NCBI RefSeq assembly: GCF_009914755.1
Contig: NC_060926.1
Length of the DNA: 64,000 bases
Strand: one strand, 5' to 3'
Origin: the human T2T-CHM13v2.0 reference genome, Homo sapiens
A program made the translations under genes and the position numbers. Positions 1 through 12,730 of this stretch are shown here, in pieces. Position 1 is the first letter of the stretch. Each line of letters begins with the position of its first letter. The notes under the pieces were generated by a model that saw nothing but the letters and a program-made list of their open reading frames with translations, was not told where the DNA came from and did not search any database.

Positions 1-190
1 AAACTAAAAGGCACACATTTAATTGCTCCATAGTTCTAAAATGAAATATCAAATAACGTTTAAAAACACATTAAAGTGTAAATGAAAATGAAAGTTTGAC
101 ATCAAAATTTGCATGACACAGTAAAAGCAGTGCTGTGAGAGAAATTTATAGCACTAAACATATATATCAGGTGAGAGAAAAAGTGAAGTA
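1..190 (+). mobile_element. Old L1 (L1M) ORF2 fragment
   Basis: Degenerate L1 ORF2 sequence (caaaatttgcatgacacagtaaaagcagtgctg...aaatttatagcactaaa); boundaries approximate. Confidence 0.65.
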
Positions 191-314
191 ACCTGATTAA
201 ATATAGGCAATAGACATTTCTTTATTAATCAGGTTGGATATCATAATCTGATTTTTAAAATGACCTGAAAAGTGCTGCAATGTAAGCCATGTTCAAATTT
301 CTAAAAAATAATAA

Positions 315-1200
315 TCTGAATAGACATTCCTCAAAAGAAGACATATGAATAGCCAAAATGTATGTGAAAAAAATCACTAACCGTCAGAGAAATGCAAATT
401 ATAACCCCAATGAAACACCACTTCATATCTGTTAAAATGGCTGTTATCAAAAAGACAAAAGATAACAAGCGTTGACAAGAATATGAAATAAAGGGAAACC
501 CTATACACGGTTGGTGGCAATGTAAATCAGTATAGTCATTACAAAAAACAGTACGGAGATCTCTCAAAAAAAGTAAAATAGAATTACCATACAATCTAAC
601 AATTCCACTTCTGGATATATGCCCAAAAGAATGAAAATCAGTATGCCAAAAAGATATCTGCATTCCCACATTTATTGCAGCACAATATACAGTAGACAAG
701 GCAAGGAATCAACCCAAGTGTCCATTAACAGATAATTAGATAAAAAATGTGGTATATATACACAATGGAATATTCTTCAGCCTTAAAAGAAATAAATCTT
801 GTCATTTGCAACAAAAGGAATGAACCTGGAGGATGTTAAGTAAAGTAAGGCAGGCCCAGAAAGACAAATGCTGTGTGATTTCAGTGACACGTGAAGTGTG
901 AAACAGTAGAACTCAGAGAAAGTAACCAGAGCCTGGGAGTTGGGGGAATTGAAGAGATGTTTGTTAAAGGATACAAAATTTTAGGTAGAAAGAAGGAATC
1001 AGTTCTAGATATCTATTGTACATAACATGGAGTATAGATTATAATAATATTGTATATCAAAAATTATAAAAAAGTAGATTTTAAGTGTTGTCATCACAAA
1101 AACAAGATAAGTGAGGTAATGTTTATGTTAGATACCTTTATTTAGCCATCCCACAATGTATACTTATATCAAAATATCATTTTGTACACTATGAACATAC
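315..1200 (+). mobile_element. L1MA-type LINE-1, ORF2 C-terminus and 3'UTR
   Basis: ctgaatagacattcctcaaaagaagacata... through a typical L1MA 3'UTR (tttagccatcccacaatgtatac); no poly(A) tail at the right end. Confidence 0.85.
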
Positions 1201-1217
1201 AGTTCTCATTCCACATT

Positions 1218-3058
1218 CCAACAATGTTCACAGCATCTTCATCAAGAGTAGATTCTATCTAAAGAAACAACTTTCTCTGCTCATTTATAAAAAGCAACTC
1301 CTTATTCATTTAGTGTTATCATGAGATTACAGCAATTCAGTCACATCTTTAGGCTCCACTTCTAATTTTGTTTCTCTTGATTTTTTCCTACCACATCTAC
1401 ATTTACTTCCCCTGCTGAAATCTTGAATCCTCAAAATCATCCATGAGGATTGGAATCAACTGCTTCCAAACTCCTGTTAGTGTTGTTATTTGACCTGCTC
1501 CCATGAATTATGACTATACTCAATGGCATCTAGAATGGGAAATTCTTTCTAGAAGTTTTTCAATTTGCTCAAATTCATTGAAAGAATCATTATGGCAGCT
1601 ATGACCTAACATAATTTTTTTCAAGTAAAAAGACTTGAAAGTCAAAATTACTCCCGAATCCATAGGCTGTAGAATGGATGTTGTGTTAGCAGGAATGAAA
1701 ACAATGTTAACCTCCTTGTATATCTCCATCAGAGCTCTTGAGTGACCAGGTGCATTGTCACTGAGCAGTAATATTTTGAAAGGAATTGTTTTTTCTCAAT
1801 AGTATATCTCAACAGTGGACTTCAAATAGTCAGTAAATCATGCTGTGAACAGATGTGCTGTCATCCAGGCTTTGTTGTTCCATTTTTATCGTATAGGCAG
1901 AGTAGATTTAGCATAATTCTTAGGCCTCAGGATTTTTGGAATGGAAAATGAGCATCATCTTTAAGTTGAAGTCACCAGCTGCGTTAGTCCCTAACAGGAG
2001 TGTCAATTTGTCCTTTGAAGCTTTGAAGCCAGGCATTGACTCCTCTTCTCTAGCTATGAAAGTCCTAAATGACATCTGCTTCTTATATTAAGGCTCTTTC
2101 ATTTACACAAAATCTGTTATTTGGTGTAGCCACCTTCATCAATGATCTTAGCTAGCTCTTCTGGATAACGTGCTGCAGCTTCTGCATAAGCATTTGTTGC
2201 TTCAGCTTGTAATCGATGCATTGGAGATGGGTTAAAACTTAATGAACTGATCTCCACTAGCTTTAAACTTTTCTTCTGCAGCTTCCTCTCCTCTCTCAGC
2301 CTTCATAGAATTGAAGAGTTGGGGCTTTGCTCTGGATTAGGCTTTGGCTTAAGGGAATGTTATGGCTGATTTGGTTCTTTGTCCAGACCACCAAAACTTT
2401 CTTCGTATCAGCAACAGGCTGTTCTGCTTTCTTATCATTTGTGTGCTCACTGGAGCAGCACTTTTAATTCCCTTCAGTAACTTTTTTCTGTGCATTTACC
2501 ACTGGGATAACTGGTTGGCAAGAGAGGCCTAACTTTCGGCCTATTTCAGTATTGACATGTCTTTCCTCATTAAGCTGAAATCATATAGCTTTTGATTTAA
2601 ACTTAGAGGTATGTAACTCTTCCTTTCAATTGAACTCTTAGAGGCCATTTTAGGTTACTGTTGGCCTAATTTCAATATTGTTGTGTCTCAGGGAATAAGG
2701 AGGCCCAACGAGAGGGAGAGAAGTAGGGGAACAGGGAGTGGAGCAGTCAGAACACACATATTTATCAAGTTCGCTGTCTTATAAGGGCACAGTTGGTGAC
2801 ACTCCAAAACAATTAGCTTAGTAAAATCAAAGATTACTATTCACAGATCACACTAACCTATATAATAATAATGAAAAAGTTTGTAATGTTGCAAGTATTA
2901 CCCAAATGTGACAGAGACACGTTGGGAGCACTTGCGTTGAAAAAACTGGTGTCAGTGGACTTGCTCAACTCACAGGTACTACAAATCTTCAATTTGTAAA
3001 AAAGTGCAATATTTGTGAAACACAATAAAGTGAAGTACAATACAATAAGGTATGCCTG
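1218..3058 (-). mobile_element. Tigger1 DNA transposon (TcMar-Tigger), 3'-truncated, decayed transposase
   Basis: The minus strand starts with the Tigger1 terminus CAGGCATACCT at 3058; ORF 1520..1729 gives [22 protein letters not shown], a pogo/Tigger DDE transposase motif. Confidence 0.92.
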
Positions 3059-3911
3059 AATAAAAATATAGGCTGACTTTATAACTAATAGTAATACCTT
3101 AATATTTAAGAAACATCCATTGCCTGCACTATACTGGACTGTGTGCTAACGCTAACAGCACAATAAAAATAACGATCATTTCCTCAACAACTCAAGTGAT
3201 AAATTGTGTAACTGAGATATATAAAAAGCACCAAGTGAACCTGACATGGGTAAATATATATTCCCGAGGGAAGAGAAAAGCTTTAAAGTAGTGATAGCAT
3301 TTGAATTTGATCTTGAAGAATCATAGAAATCCCTTCAGAGACAAAGCTGACTAAGGACTTTTCAGACAGAACATTGTTGGGAAATTCACAAGGATTTGGA
3401 GGCACCTGGTTTTAGAGGAGTGGATAATCAAGTGTACTTGAAATTCCATTGAACTATTAAGAGTAGAAGAAATGAAGCAAGAATTAACAGAAAAGAGATT
3501 ATAGCAACCTATGTGGCCCATGTGAATGCATCTGAACAGTGTCAGTGTGGAACTTTTGCCTATTTTTAAGGACAGAAGTGACATGATCTGATATGGCATT
3601 TACATCTAGTACTATGACAATAATAATGATGTTACAATCTTGTAGGAAATAGAGGACAAAGACCTGAATTAAGGAATTAGCCATGAAGACAGAAAGAAGA
3701 AATTAGATTTAGGGAATTCTGATAAAATAACATTTAAAAACATTTTGACCAATTCTTCAGTGTGATGAGGGAAGAAGCCATTAATTATCTCTAGCTTTTA
3801 GCTAGATACATCTTGTTGAGAAGTAGATGAGAAGATAGTAACAAAATGATACATATTTAGAAACATGTACTGGTATCTGTGAAACATGCCCAAGGAAATG
3901 GCCAATAGGCA

Positions 3912-4085
3912 TGCCTGGCTACATACTTTGTAAGGCCCAGCACAAAATGAAAATGGAAGGTCTTATTCAAGGATTATTAAATGTATTAAGATGGTGACAG
4001 CAGAACATTAAATTAAGCACAGGGCTCTTCCATGCATGGGGCGCCATGTTTCTAAGCAGGTGGCTTGCCCTTGAAACTGGTTCTG
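3912..4085 (-). mobile_element. MER45A (hAT-Tip100) non-autonomous DNA transposon
   Basis: ggctacatactttgtaaggcccagcacaaaatgaaaatg...ttgaaactggttctg is the reverse complement of the recalled MER45A consensus. Confidence 0.8.
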
Positions 4086-4306
4086 CTGGTAGGCAGAAGA
4101 AAACATGGCAGTTTTCTGAATCTCAGGAGAGAGGAATGGACTGAAGAAATAGGTTAAAAATCAATAGTGTTATATATGTTATAAATGAAGTAAGGAGAGC
4201 TTGGAGCTCATACAGTAGAATGGGCTCTAGAAAGGTTGCATTTTCAGTGTATGAAGAACAGGAAAGGAGGTCAAAAGCAGTGGTGAGAACATTACAGAAG
4301 AATCTG

Positions 4307-4331
4307 AAAAAAAAAAAAAAAAAAAAAAAAA
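4307..4331 (+). repeat. Poly(A) run, about 25 nt
   Basis: Directly visible. Confidence 0.9.
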
Positions 4332-5241
4332 GTTAAAATATGCTATCCAGGAGAGAAAGACCAGGCTTCAGTGTAAGATATCAGAGGGAAATGAACTAAA
4401 AGGAAAATTCAGAAGTAAGCTGAGTAGGTAATTAGAAACTATGGTAATTTTAGTTAGATGAAATTCAGTGCACAGTGGAAGAAATAGCACGGGTCACAAA
4501 ATCAATGTCGTTGAAGAAGTGAAAAAAATGTTTTCATGATTTTGAGTGTGCAAATGTGTCAATTTAATGCTTATTGAAAATGAGAAAGAAAGGTAGCTTA
4601 TCCTGGAAGTTTGGCAAAACATCATCTTCTTTGCTTCAGAAGTAGTTACGCTTATTTGAAAATCTCTAAATGCCGAGTACTTTTTGGAAGTGGCTGTCAA
4701 GGCCATTTTGAATGAACACATGAAGAGATAAAAATGTTACCTTCCTGAGTGTAATCAAGTGTTTACTCAGTGACTGAATCAGCAAGGCTCTCTCTTCCCC
4801 AGTAGAGTGCCATCACTCCACTTGCCGTCATCAGCTGAAGAGAGAAGGATTACTTCTTAATGTTTTTCTAGAATTTGGGAGAAATGTTCTTACACAGCCT
4901 TAGAGTGATTTCGTCTCTATTCTGAGCTTGTTAGGGTCAGGAAAAGGCCCTTTTATGGACCAGAGTTCTACTGGCTTCTTGTTATATATTTTTTTCTTTC
5001 TTTTTTATTTTGGTACATAGATTTTTTTCCATTTTTATTTTCAATGTTGGAAAAGTTGCAAAAAGCCTGGGACTGATGGTGATGGAAATTTTGTGCCAAG
5101 AATTCAATGATGAGAGCAATATAAGGTTGCCACTCGCTATTTTATCTCACATAAAAAGAAACATCAAATTCTGGATCTCAAAAAATATTGGGATGTTTCA
5201 CAAATATAGCAGATTTTTCTTTTAAAAAATTTTTCTCTCAA

Positions 5242-8200
5242 TTTTTTTTAAACTTTTAAGTTCAGGAGTATATGTGCAGGTTTGTTATATAGGTAAACTT
5301 GTGTCATGAGAATTTGTTTTATAGATTATTTTGCCACCCATGTATTAAGCCTAGTACCCGTTAAGTTATTTTTCCTAATCCTCTCTCTCCTCCCACCCTC
5401 CACCTTCCAAAAGGCCCCAGAGTGTGTTGTTCCCCTCTATGTGTCCATGTGTGTTCTCATCTTTTAACTCCCACTTATAGTGAGAACATGTGGTATTTGT
5501 TTTTTTGTTGCTGCATTAGTTTTCTAAAGATAATGGCCTCCAGATCCATCCATGTCCCTGCACAGGACATGATCTTGCTTTTGTTTTTTATGTCTGCATA
5601 GTATTCCATGGTGTATATGCATCGTATTTTTTTAATTCAGTCTACCATTGATGGGCATTTAGGTTGATTCCATGTCCTTGCTATTGTGAATAGTGCTGCA
5701 ATGAACATGTGTGTGCACGTGTTTTTATGATTAAAAAAACTAATACCCAGTAATGGGATTACTGGGTTGAACAGTATTTCTGTTTTTAGGTATTTGAGGA
5801 ATTATCACACTGTTTTCCACAATGGTTGAAATAATTTACACTTTCACCCACAGTGTAAAAGCATTCCTTTTTCTCTGCAAGCTCACCAGCACCTGTTATT
5901 TTTTGACTTTTTAATAGTAGCCATTTTGACTGGTGTGAGATGATATTTCATTGTGGTTTTGATTTGCATTTCTCTAAAGATCAGTCATTTTGAGGCTTTT
6001 TTCATATGATTCTTGGCCGCATGTATATATTCCTTTGAAAAGTATCCGTTCACGTCCTTTGCCCACTTTTTAATGCGGTTCTTTGTTTTTTTTTCTTGGA
6101 AGTTTGTTTAAGTTCCTTATAGATGCTGGATATTCAAACTTGGTCAGATGTGTAGTTTGAAAAAAATAATTTCCATTCTGTAAGTTGTCTGTTTACTCTG
6201 TTGATATTTTCTTTTGCTGTGCAGTTCTTAAGCTTAATTAGATTCCACTTGTCCATTTTTGCTTTTGTTGCAATTGCTTTTGGCATCTTCATTATAAAAT
6301 CTTTGCCAATTTTTAGGTCCAGAATGACATTGCCTAGGTTGTCTTCCAGGAATTTCATAGTTTTGGGTTTTACATTTAAGTCTTTAATCTATCTTAAGTT
6401 TTTTTTTTTATATGATGTAAGGAAGGGATCTGGTTTCAATCTTCAATATATGGATATATTGAAGCCCTATTTATTGAATAGAGAATCCTTTCCCTATTGC
6501 TTGTTCTTGTCAGGTTTGTCAAAGATCAGATAGTTGCAGGTGTGCAGCCTTATTTATGTGCTTGCCATTCTGTTCCATTTGTCTATGTCTCCATTTTTCT
6601 ACCAGTACCATGCTGTTTTGGTTACTGTAGCCCTGTAGTATAGCTTGAAGTTGGATAGAATGATGCCTCCAGCCTTGGTGTTTTTTTTCTCCCCCTTAGG
6701 ATTGCCTTCGCTATTTGAGCTCTTTTTTTAGTTCCATATGAATTTTAAAATAGATTTTTCTAGTTCTGTGAAGAATGTCACTGGTAGTTTGATAGGAATA
6801 GCATTGAATTTATAAATTGCTTTGAGCAGCATGACCATTTTTACAATACTGATTCTTTCTATCCATAAGCATAGAATGCTTTTATTTAAAATTTGTTTTT
6901 GTCATCTCTTATTTCTTTGAGTAGTATTTTATAGTTACCATTGTAGAGATCTTTCACCTCCATGGTTACCTGTATTCCTAGGTATTTTTTCTTTTTATGG
7001 CAATTGTGAATGAGATTGTATTTCTGAATTAGGTCTCGGTTTGTCTGTTGCTGGTGTATAGGAATGCTAATAATTTTTGTATGTTGATTTTGTATCCAGA
7101 GACATTGCTGAAATTGTTTATCAGCTGAAGGAGCTTTTGAGCTGAGACTGAGGTTTTCTAGTTATAGAATCATGTTGTCTGCAAACAGGGATAATTTGAC
7201 TTCCTATTTAGATGTCCTTTATTTGTTTCTCTTGTCTGATTGTTCTGGCCAGGACTTCCAATACTATGTTGAATAGGAGTGGTGAGAGAGGGTATCCTTG
7301 TCTTGTGCCAGTTTTCAAGGGGAATGCTTTCAGCTTTTTCCCATTAAGTATGATGTCGGCTATGGGTTTATCATTGATGCCTCTTTTTATTTTTGGGGTA
7401 TGTTCTCCCAATACTTAATTTGCTGAGAGTTTTTAACATGAAGATGTGTTTGTGGAGTTTTATCAAAAGCCTTTTCTGCATCTATTGAGATAATCATGTG
7501 GTTTTTGTCTTTTGTTCTGTTTATGTGATGAATCACATTTATTGATTTGCATATGTTGAACCAACTTTACATTTTAGTGATAAAGCCTAGTTGATCATGG
7601 TGGATAAGCTTTTTGATGTGCTGCTGGGTTTGTTTTACCAGTATTTTGTTGAGAATTTTTCTATTGATATTCATCAAAAATATTGGCTGAAGTTTTCTGT
7701 TTTAGTTGTGTCTCTGCCAGGTTTTGATATCAGAAAGATGCTGGTCTCATTGAATGAGTTAGGGAGAAGTTGCTACTCTCTTTATTTTTTATTTTAATTT
7801 TTTTTTGGAGTTTGGAATAGTTTCAGTAGAAATGGTACCAGCTCTTCTTTGTACATCTGGTAAAAATTTGGTTGTGAATCTTTCTGGTCTATGGCTTTCT
7901 TTTATTGTTAGGCTACTTATTGCTGATTCAATTTCAGACCTCATTATTGATCTGTTCGGGATTCGATTTCTTCTTGGCTCAATATTGGGAGGGTGTATGT
8001 ATCTAGGAATTTATCATTTTCTTCTATATTTTCTAGTTTATGTGCATAGAGGTGTTCATAATTATCTCTAATGCTTATTTGTATTACTGTGGGTTCAGTG
8101 GTAATATGCTTTTGTTGTTTCTAATTATGTTTATTTGCATCGTCTCTCTTCTTTATTAGTCTAGCCAGTGGTCTATCTATTTCGTTAATTTTTTTTTTCA

Positions 8201-8242
8201 AAAAAACAACTCTTGGATTCTGGATTTGTTGATCTATTGAGG

Positions 8243-8293
<51 letters not shown>

Positions 8294-8518
8294 TGTCTCA
8301 ATCTCCTTCAGTTCAGCTCTGATTTTGGTTATTTCTTGTCTTTTGCTGGCTTTCTAGCTGGTTTGCTCTCGGACCTCTAGTTGTTTTAGTTGTGATGTTA
8401 CATTGTTAAATCTAAATCTTCCTAACTTTTTGATGTAGGTGCATGGTGCTATAAATTTAACTCTTAACGCTGTCTTGTATCCCAGATATTCTGGTATGTT
8501 GTATCTTTGTTCTCATTA
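5242..8518 (-). mobile_element. 5'-truncated older primate L1 (L1PA13-16-like), ORF2 and 3'UTR
   Basis: Antisense 3'UTR (aacttttaagttcaggagtatatgtgcagg); ORF 7208..7411 gives the RT motif [27 protein letters not shown]; ORF 6134..6358 is also ORF2p. Confidence 0.93.
8246..8292. repeat. (TG)n microsatellite, about 23 units, within L1
   Basis: Directly visible. Confidence 0.95.
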
Positions 8519-8579
8519 TTCATTTATTTATTATTCAATTAAAAATAAATTAAAATTTACAAACAGTAGGAAAAAGTAC

Positions 8580-8790
8580 AAGCATAATGCTAAGTGAAAG
8601 AAACTAATTGCAAAAGACCCCATATTGTATGGTTTCATTTATGTGAAATTTCCAGAATAGACAAATTCATAGAGGCAGAAAGTAGATGGGGTTGTCAGAG
8701 GCTGAGGGTCTTTTTGGAGTGATGAACATATTCTGGAATAAGATAGTGATGATGGCTGCAAGCCGTTGCAAATATACTAAAACCTAGTGA
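8580..8790 (+). mobile_element. L1MB/MC-type 3'UTR fragment
   Basis: cataatgctaagtgaaagaa...tttccagaatagacaaattcatagaggcagaaagtagat. Confidence 0.7.
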
Positions 8791-10164
8791 AGGTTACTGA
8801 GTCAAACTCTGCCTACTATTTTCAGTGTGCCCATTTTTCCTTTTTATTTTAATAATAGTAATTTTCCTTTTCAAGACAATTAATTGTTTTTTTTTTGTCA
8901 GAACATTATTCTCGTCTCTGAGATACAATATCTTCTAATGCTGGAGAAAGTAGTTATTCATATTATGAAGTCTTCTGTTTTTTAATAACATCCATTTAGT
9001 CATTTGTTTGTTTTTTTTTTGTGTGTGTTTCTTTCTCTTTTTTTTTTTTTTTGATCTTCCTTAATTGCTCTTCTTAAAATATTTTGTGGTTTTTGTTTCT
9101 ACGTTTATATTTCCACTTGAGAATCCCTGTTAGCCTGTCTGTGCATATTTTCTGTGTATTTTGAGGTTACCTTCATGGACTCTGTGGGAGGAAATGCATG
9201 TGTTGCTAGTAGACATACACCATTAGGGACTGTCCTCTATTTTTAGGCATTTTGGATCGTGTTGAATATTTTTACTCATTCCCTAGGACACAAAGCTGCC
9301 ACTCTGTCCCAAGTACCTACACTCACTATTCCAGCCTAAGGGTAAATACTTCTAATATTTAATGCTAGCACAAATCGAGGACAAGATATCATGTAGACTC
9401 CATCCTAGCATACAAAAAAATAAGCTGGTCAACATCAAATGTTAAAATAATCCTCCAGAGCTCCTTCTGCCAAGGGTGTCTTCTATCTCTGATCTTCAGG
9501 CACTTGTTGACCAAATCACACCTTTCACAGAAGTCTTCTTTTGGGTATCCCATTTTTCAAAATGATTAATGATATTCCTAAACTTTTTCATCTGCAGATG
9601 GGATGCAATATTGTTTTCCATACATTTTGTGGCATTCTATTCTTTACCTCAAATTTTCTGCAATTACTGAAAATTTTGGTGAGAGTTTGAGATGAATATT
9701 TGTCTTTGCTCAGTTTGTCTTTTTTTTCCAGTTTCCTTTTGGAACTTTTCAATGTCAAAGTCAAGCAATAACAATTCCAGACAATCCCTGCTTTTACTTG
9801 TTCAGTCAGTAACATAATTGATCACTTCACAGAAACTGCAGGAGCAAACACAAATCCACCAATGGTTGTGTACATGGGAACAATCATAAATGGAACTCTG
9901 TTTCCTATAAACTAGGACACCAAAAAATCATTCAGAGGAAGTTGCCAGGTTCAGAAAAATAGTATATGTATCATTCAGCCAACTGTAGCCAGATAACTGT
10001 CTCCTCTGTGTACTTTTATTCCAGTGGATGGATGGTATAAACCCATTTAAGTATGGAAGATAAAGAATATTTGTAGATTTCAGAAGAGCCTCCTAGAAAT
10101 ACACCGAGGATTGTGAGTATATAACATATGCTTTCAATTATAGTAATAATTGAAGGACTAATAT

Positions 10165-10388
10165 TTTAGTCCTTATGGATCCAGTTATATGTTAAGTACT
10201 TTATGTATATTATTTGATTTAATTATCACTATATTTCTACATATTAGGTAATTATATTTGTTTCACAAAAAAGGGTACTGAGGCACCAAGAGGGTAAATA
10301 CCTCATCCAAGATCACATAACTCAGTGGCAGCATTTGAAGTCAGTTCTATTTGACTTCAAAGTGCATGCTTTTAATCCCCATACTGTA
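10165..10388 (-). mobile_element. MIR SINE
   Basis: Antisense MIR core (actgaggcaccaagagggtaaatacctcatccaagatcacataact). Confidence 0.75.
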
Positions 10389-12110
10389 TGGTTGCATTGC
10401 TCTATGCTATGAAGCATGCTGTATTGTTATATTGTTTCCCAACAGTCCATCTACTGCTCTGATGAATAAATATTCTTTCATTTCAATGATAAGAAATTCA
10501 ATTATTGATTCTGTTCTCAACCTGAAATGGAAGAATCAACTAGCACATTCTAAGAGAAAGAATGAGGTGATATATTTAAAACACAACATAGAAACTGACA
10601 GATAATAGACATTTAATTGTTGTTAGACAATTGAAACCCTCTCATGTACTTCATTTCAGAAGATCCAGTTCGCAGCTATTGACAAAACATAAATTCATGA
10701 TCAGCACTTAGTTGAGATGCACTTACAATGAAAGAACAACCTTCAGACTCCCAAAGGATAACTTTTAGTGGTGAAATTTCTTTCTATCTTTTTTAATTTG
10801 TTACTTCCAACACATAAAGATGCAAACTATGAATTTAAATTTGTGGACTAAACATTTGTCTATTTCCTTATAATTTTGACCAGTTCATAATACTAAGATG
10901 TGCATACAGTAGGATGAGCCCAATTTTCTATGCCTTTACTTGGAAAAGCTGTCAGCTTTTATTTTTAAAAGAAGCTAAATATGATGTACAGTGCTTTAAC
11001 TGTTTTAAATACCTTAAGGTACGTTTTATTTCATTCATTGCTAGTGAGGGAAAGTTAGGCAGAGATAATAATCAAATGGATGTTTAATATTTTTTAATTA
11101 TGTAGTCTTTGAATGTCTACCACCTTGCTGTTTTGACACCTCAGCAGTTCTTCTGCTACCCTTCCTTTTGCCTAAATTCCATGCTGCCTGGAGAATAAGA
11201 AAACACAAGGAAACAGACTGTAGGTTCAGATCATAAACTGATAATCACCTGCAGCATCCCATAATTTCCCTAGATGCAGGGAAAAGATATTTCCTAAGTC
11301 ATGTAATTATGGTTTTATGTGGTATCCTTCACATTTCTATTTGTGTGGATTGCAATCCCCACCGCCTGCCATTTGCTTCTGAAATTGAAATGTAACCTAA
11401 TTGGAGGCTAATGAGGGATTATCACTGTTGCCATGTTAGCTATTTATGTGTATGTATTGCATGAATAAATAGCTATTTTTGAATGTAAGCATTGCTTTCA
11501 GGACTTAATATCAACAAAGAGACAATCTTAAGGGTAGAATGAGAAATATGTGTAATACATGGTTTGGGGCCTCAGAATTTTGCTTGTGATATAAGAAGAA
11601 TATATTATATACAGTTCTTTATCTGATGTCAGAGAGTTTTTTTAAAAAGACTGAGTGGATTATAAATTGCAAAACATTCTCCTGATGTAATGCTCCCAGC
11701 TGTTACACATGACACCCTGGAGAACGCTGACCTTCCTTGTGGAAACACTGAGGCTTAAGTTGAAGAGGAGTGTGATTACTGTTCTTAGTAACAAACCCAT
11801 TGATTAAGGACGTATTCCAAGTGTTTTCCTTAGTAACTCACTCTGGGTTATTAACAAATAAACGTTAGCTCTTCCGAAGATTCTTCTTTTACATTTGCCT
11901 CTCTCTAGGGTCATGAGTTTTAAAACACAAATCTAAAGGGAAAAAAATACACAGAATTTCACCAGACATTAATGGGTCCCTTCTTTTACAAATCCAATCA
12001 GCTAATTGGTTTATTTATTATTTGTTTGTTTATTTGGAACCCTAGTCTGCTCTCTAATTTCTTTTGGGTTCTGGGCCTGCTTGAAATTTATTTTTAAAGA
12101 AAGAAGAACA

Positions 12111-12523
<413 letters not shown>

Positions 12524-12599
12524 TCATTCCAACGACACAAAATTTCTGATTGCAAATATCAGTTCTTCTACAGGATGGTGGTTACATTTATATATTTTA

Positions 12600-12730
12600 C
12601 TATTTTTTCAGGCATTTGTTACATTTATCTCTATCCAATGCCATCTCTGTGGAATGAGTAGAGAAAAGAAAATTTTCTTCTAGACATATGGGGAAACTGA
12701 AGACCAAGGAGGTAAGGTTAGTCAGAGTTC
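12600..12730 (-). mobile_element. MIR fragment
   Basis: tagacatatggggaaactgaagacc resembles the antisense MIR core. Confidence 0.5.

Larger units (their letters stand above)
3100..4490 (-). mobile_element. Highly decayed L2 fragments, interrupted by MER45A
   Basis: Antisense L2 3'-region signatures (gatagcatttgaatttgatcttgaagaat) and purine-rich composition. Confidence 0.5.

Noticed and set aside
1520-1729. Possible domesticated TIGD-like transposase
   Set aside because: Only 69 aa are open and the rest is broken by stops and frameshifts; an ordinary Tigger1 fossil
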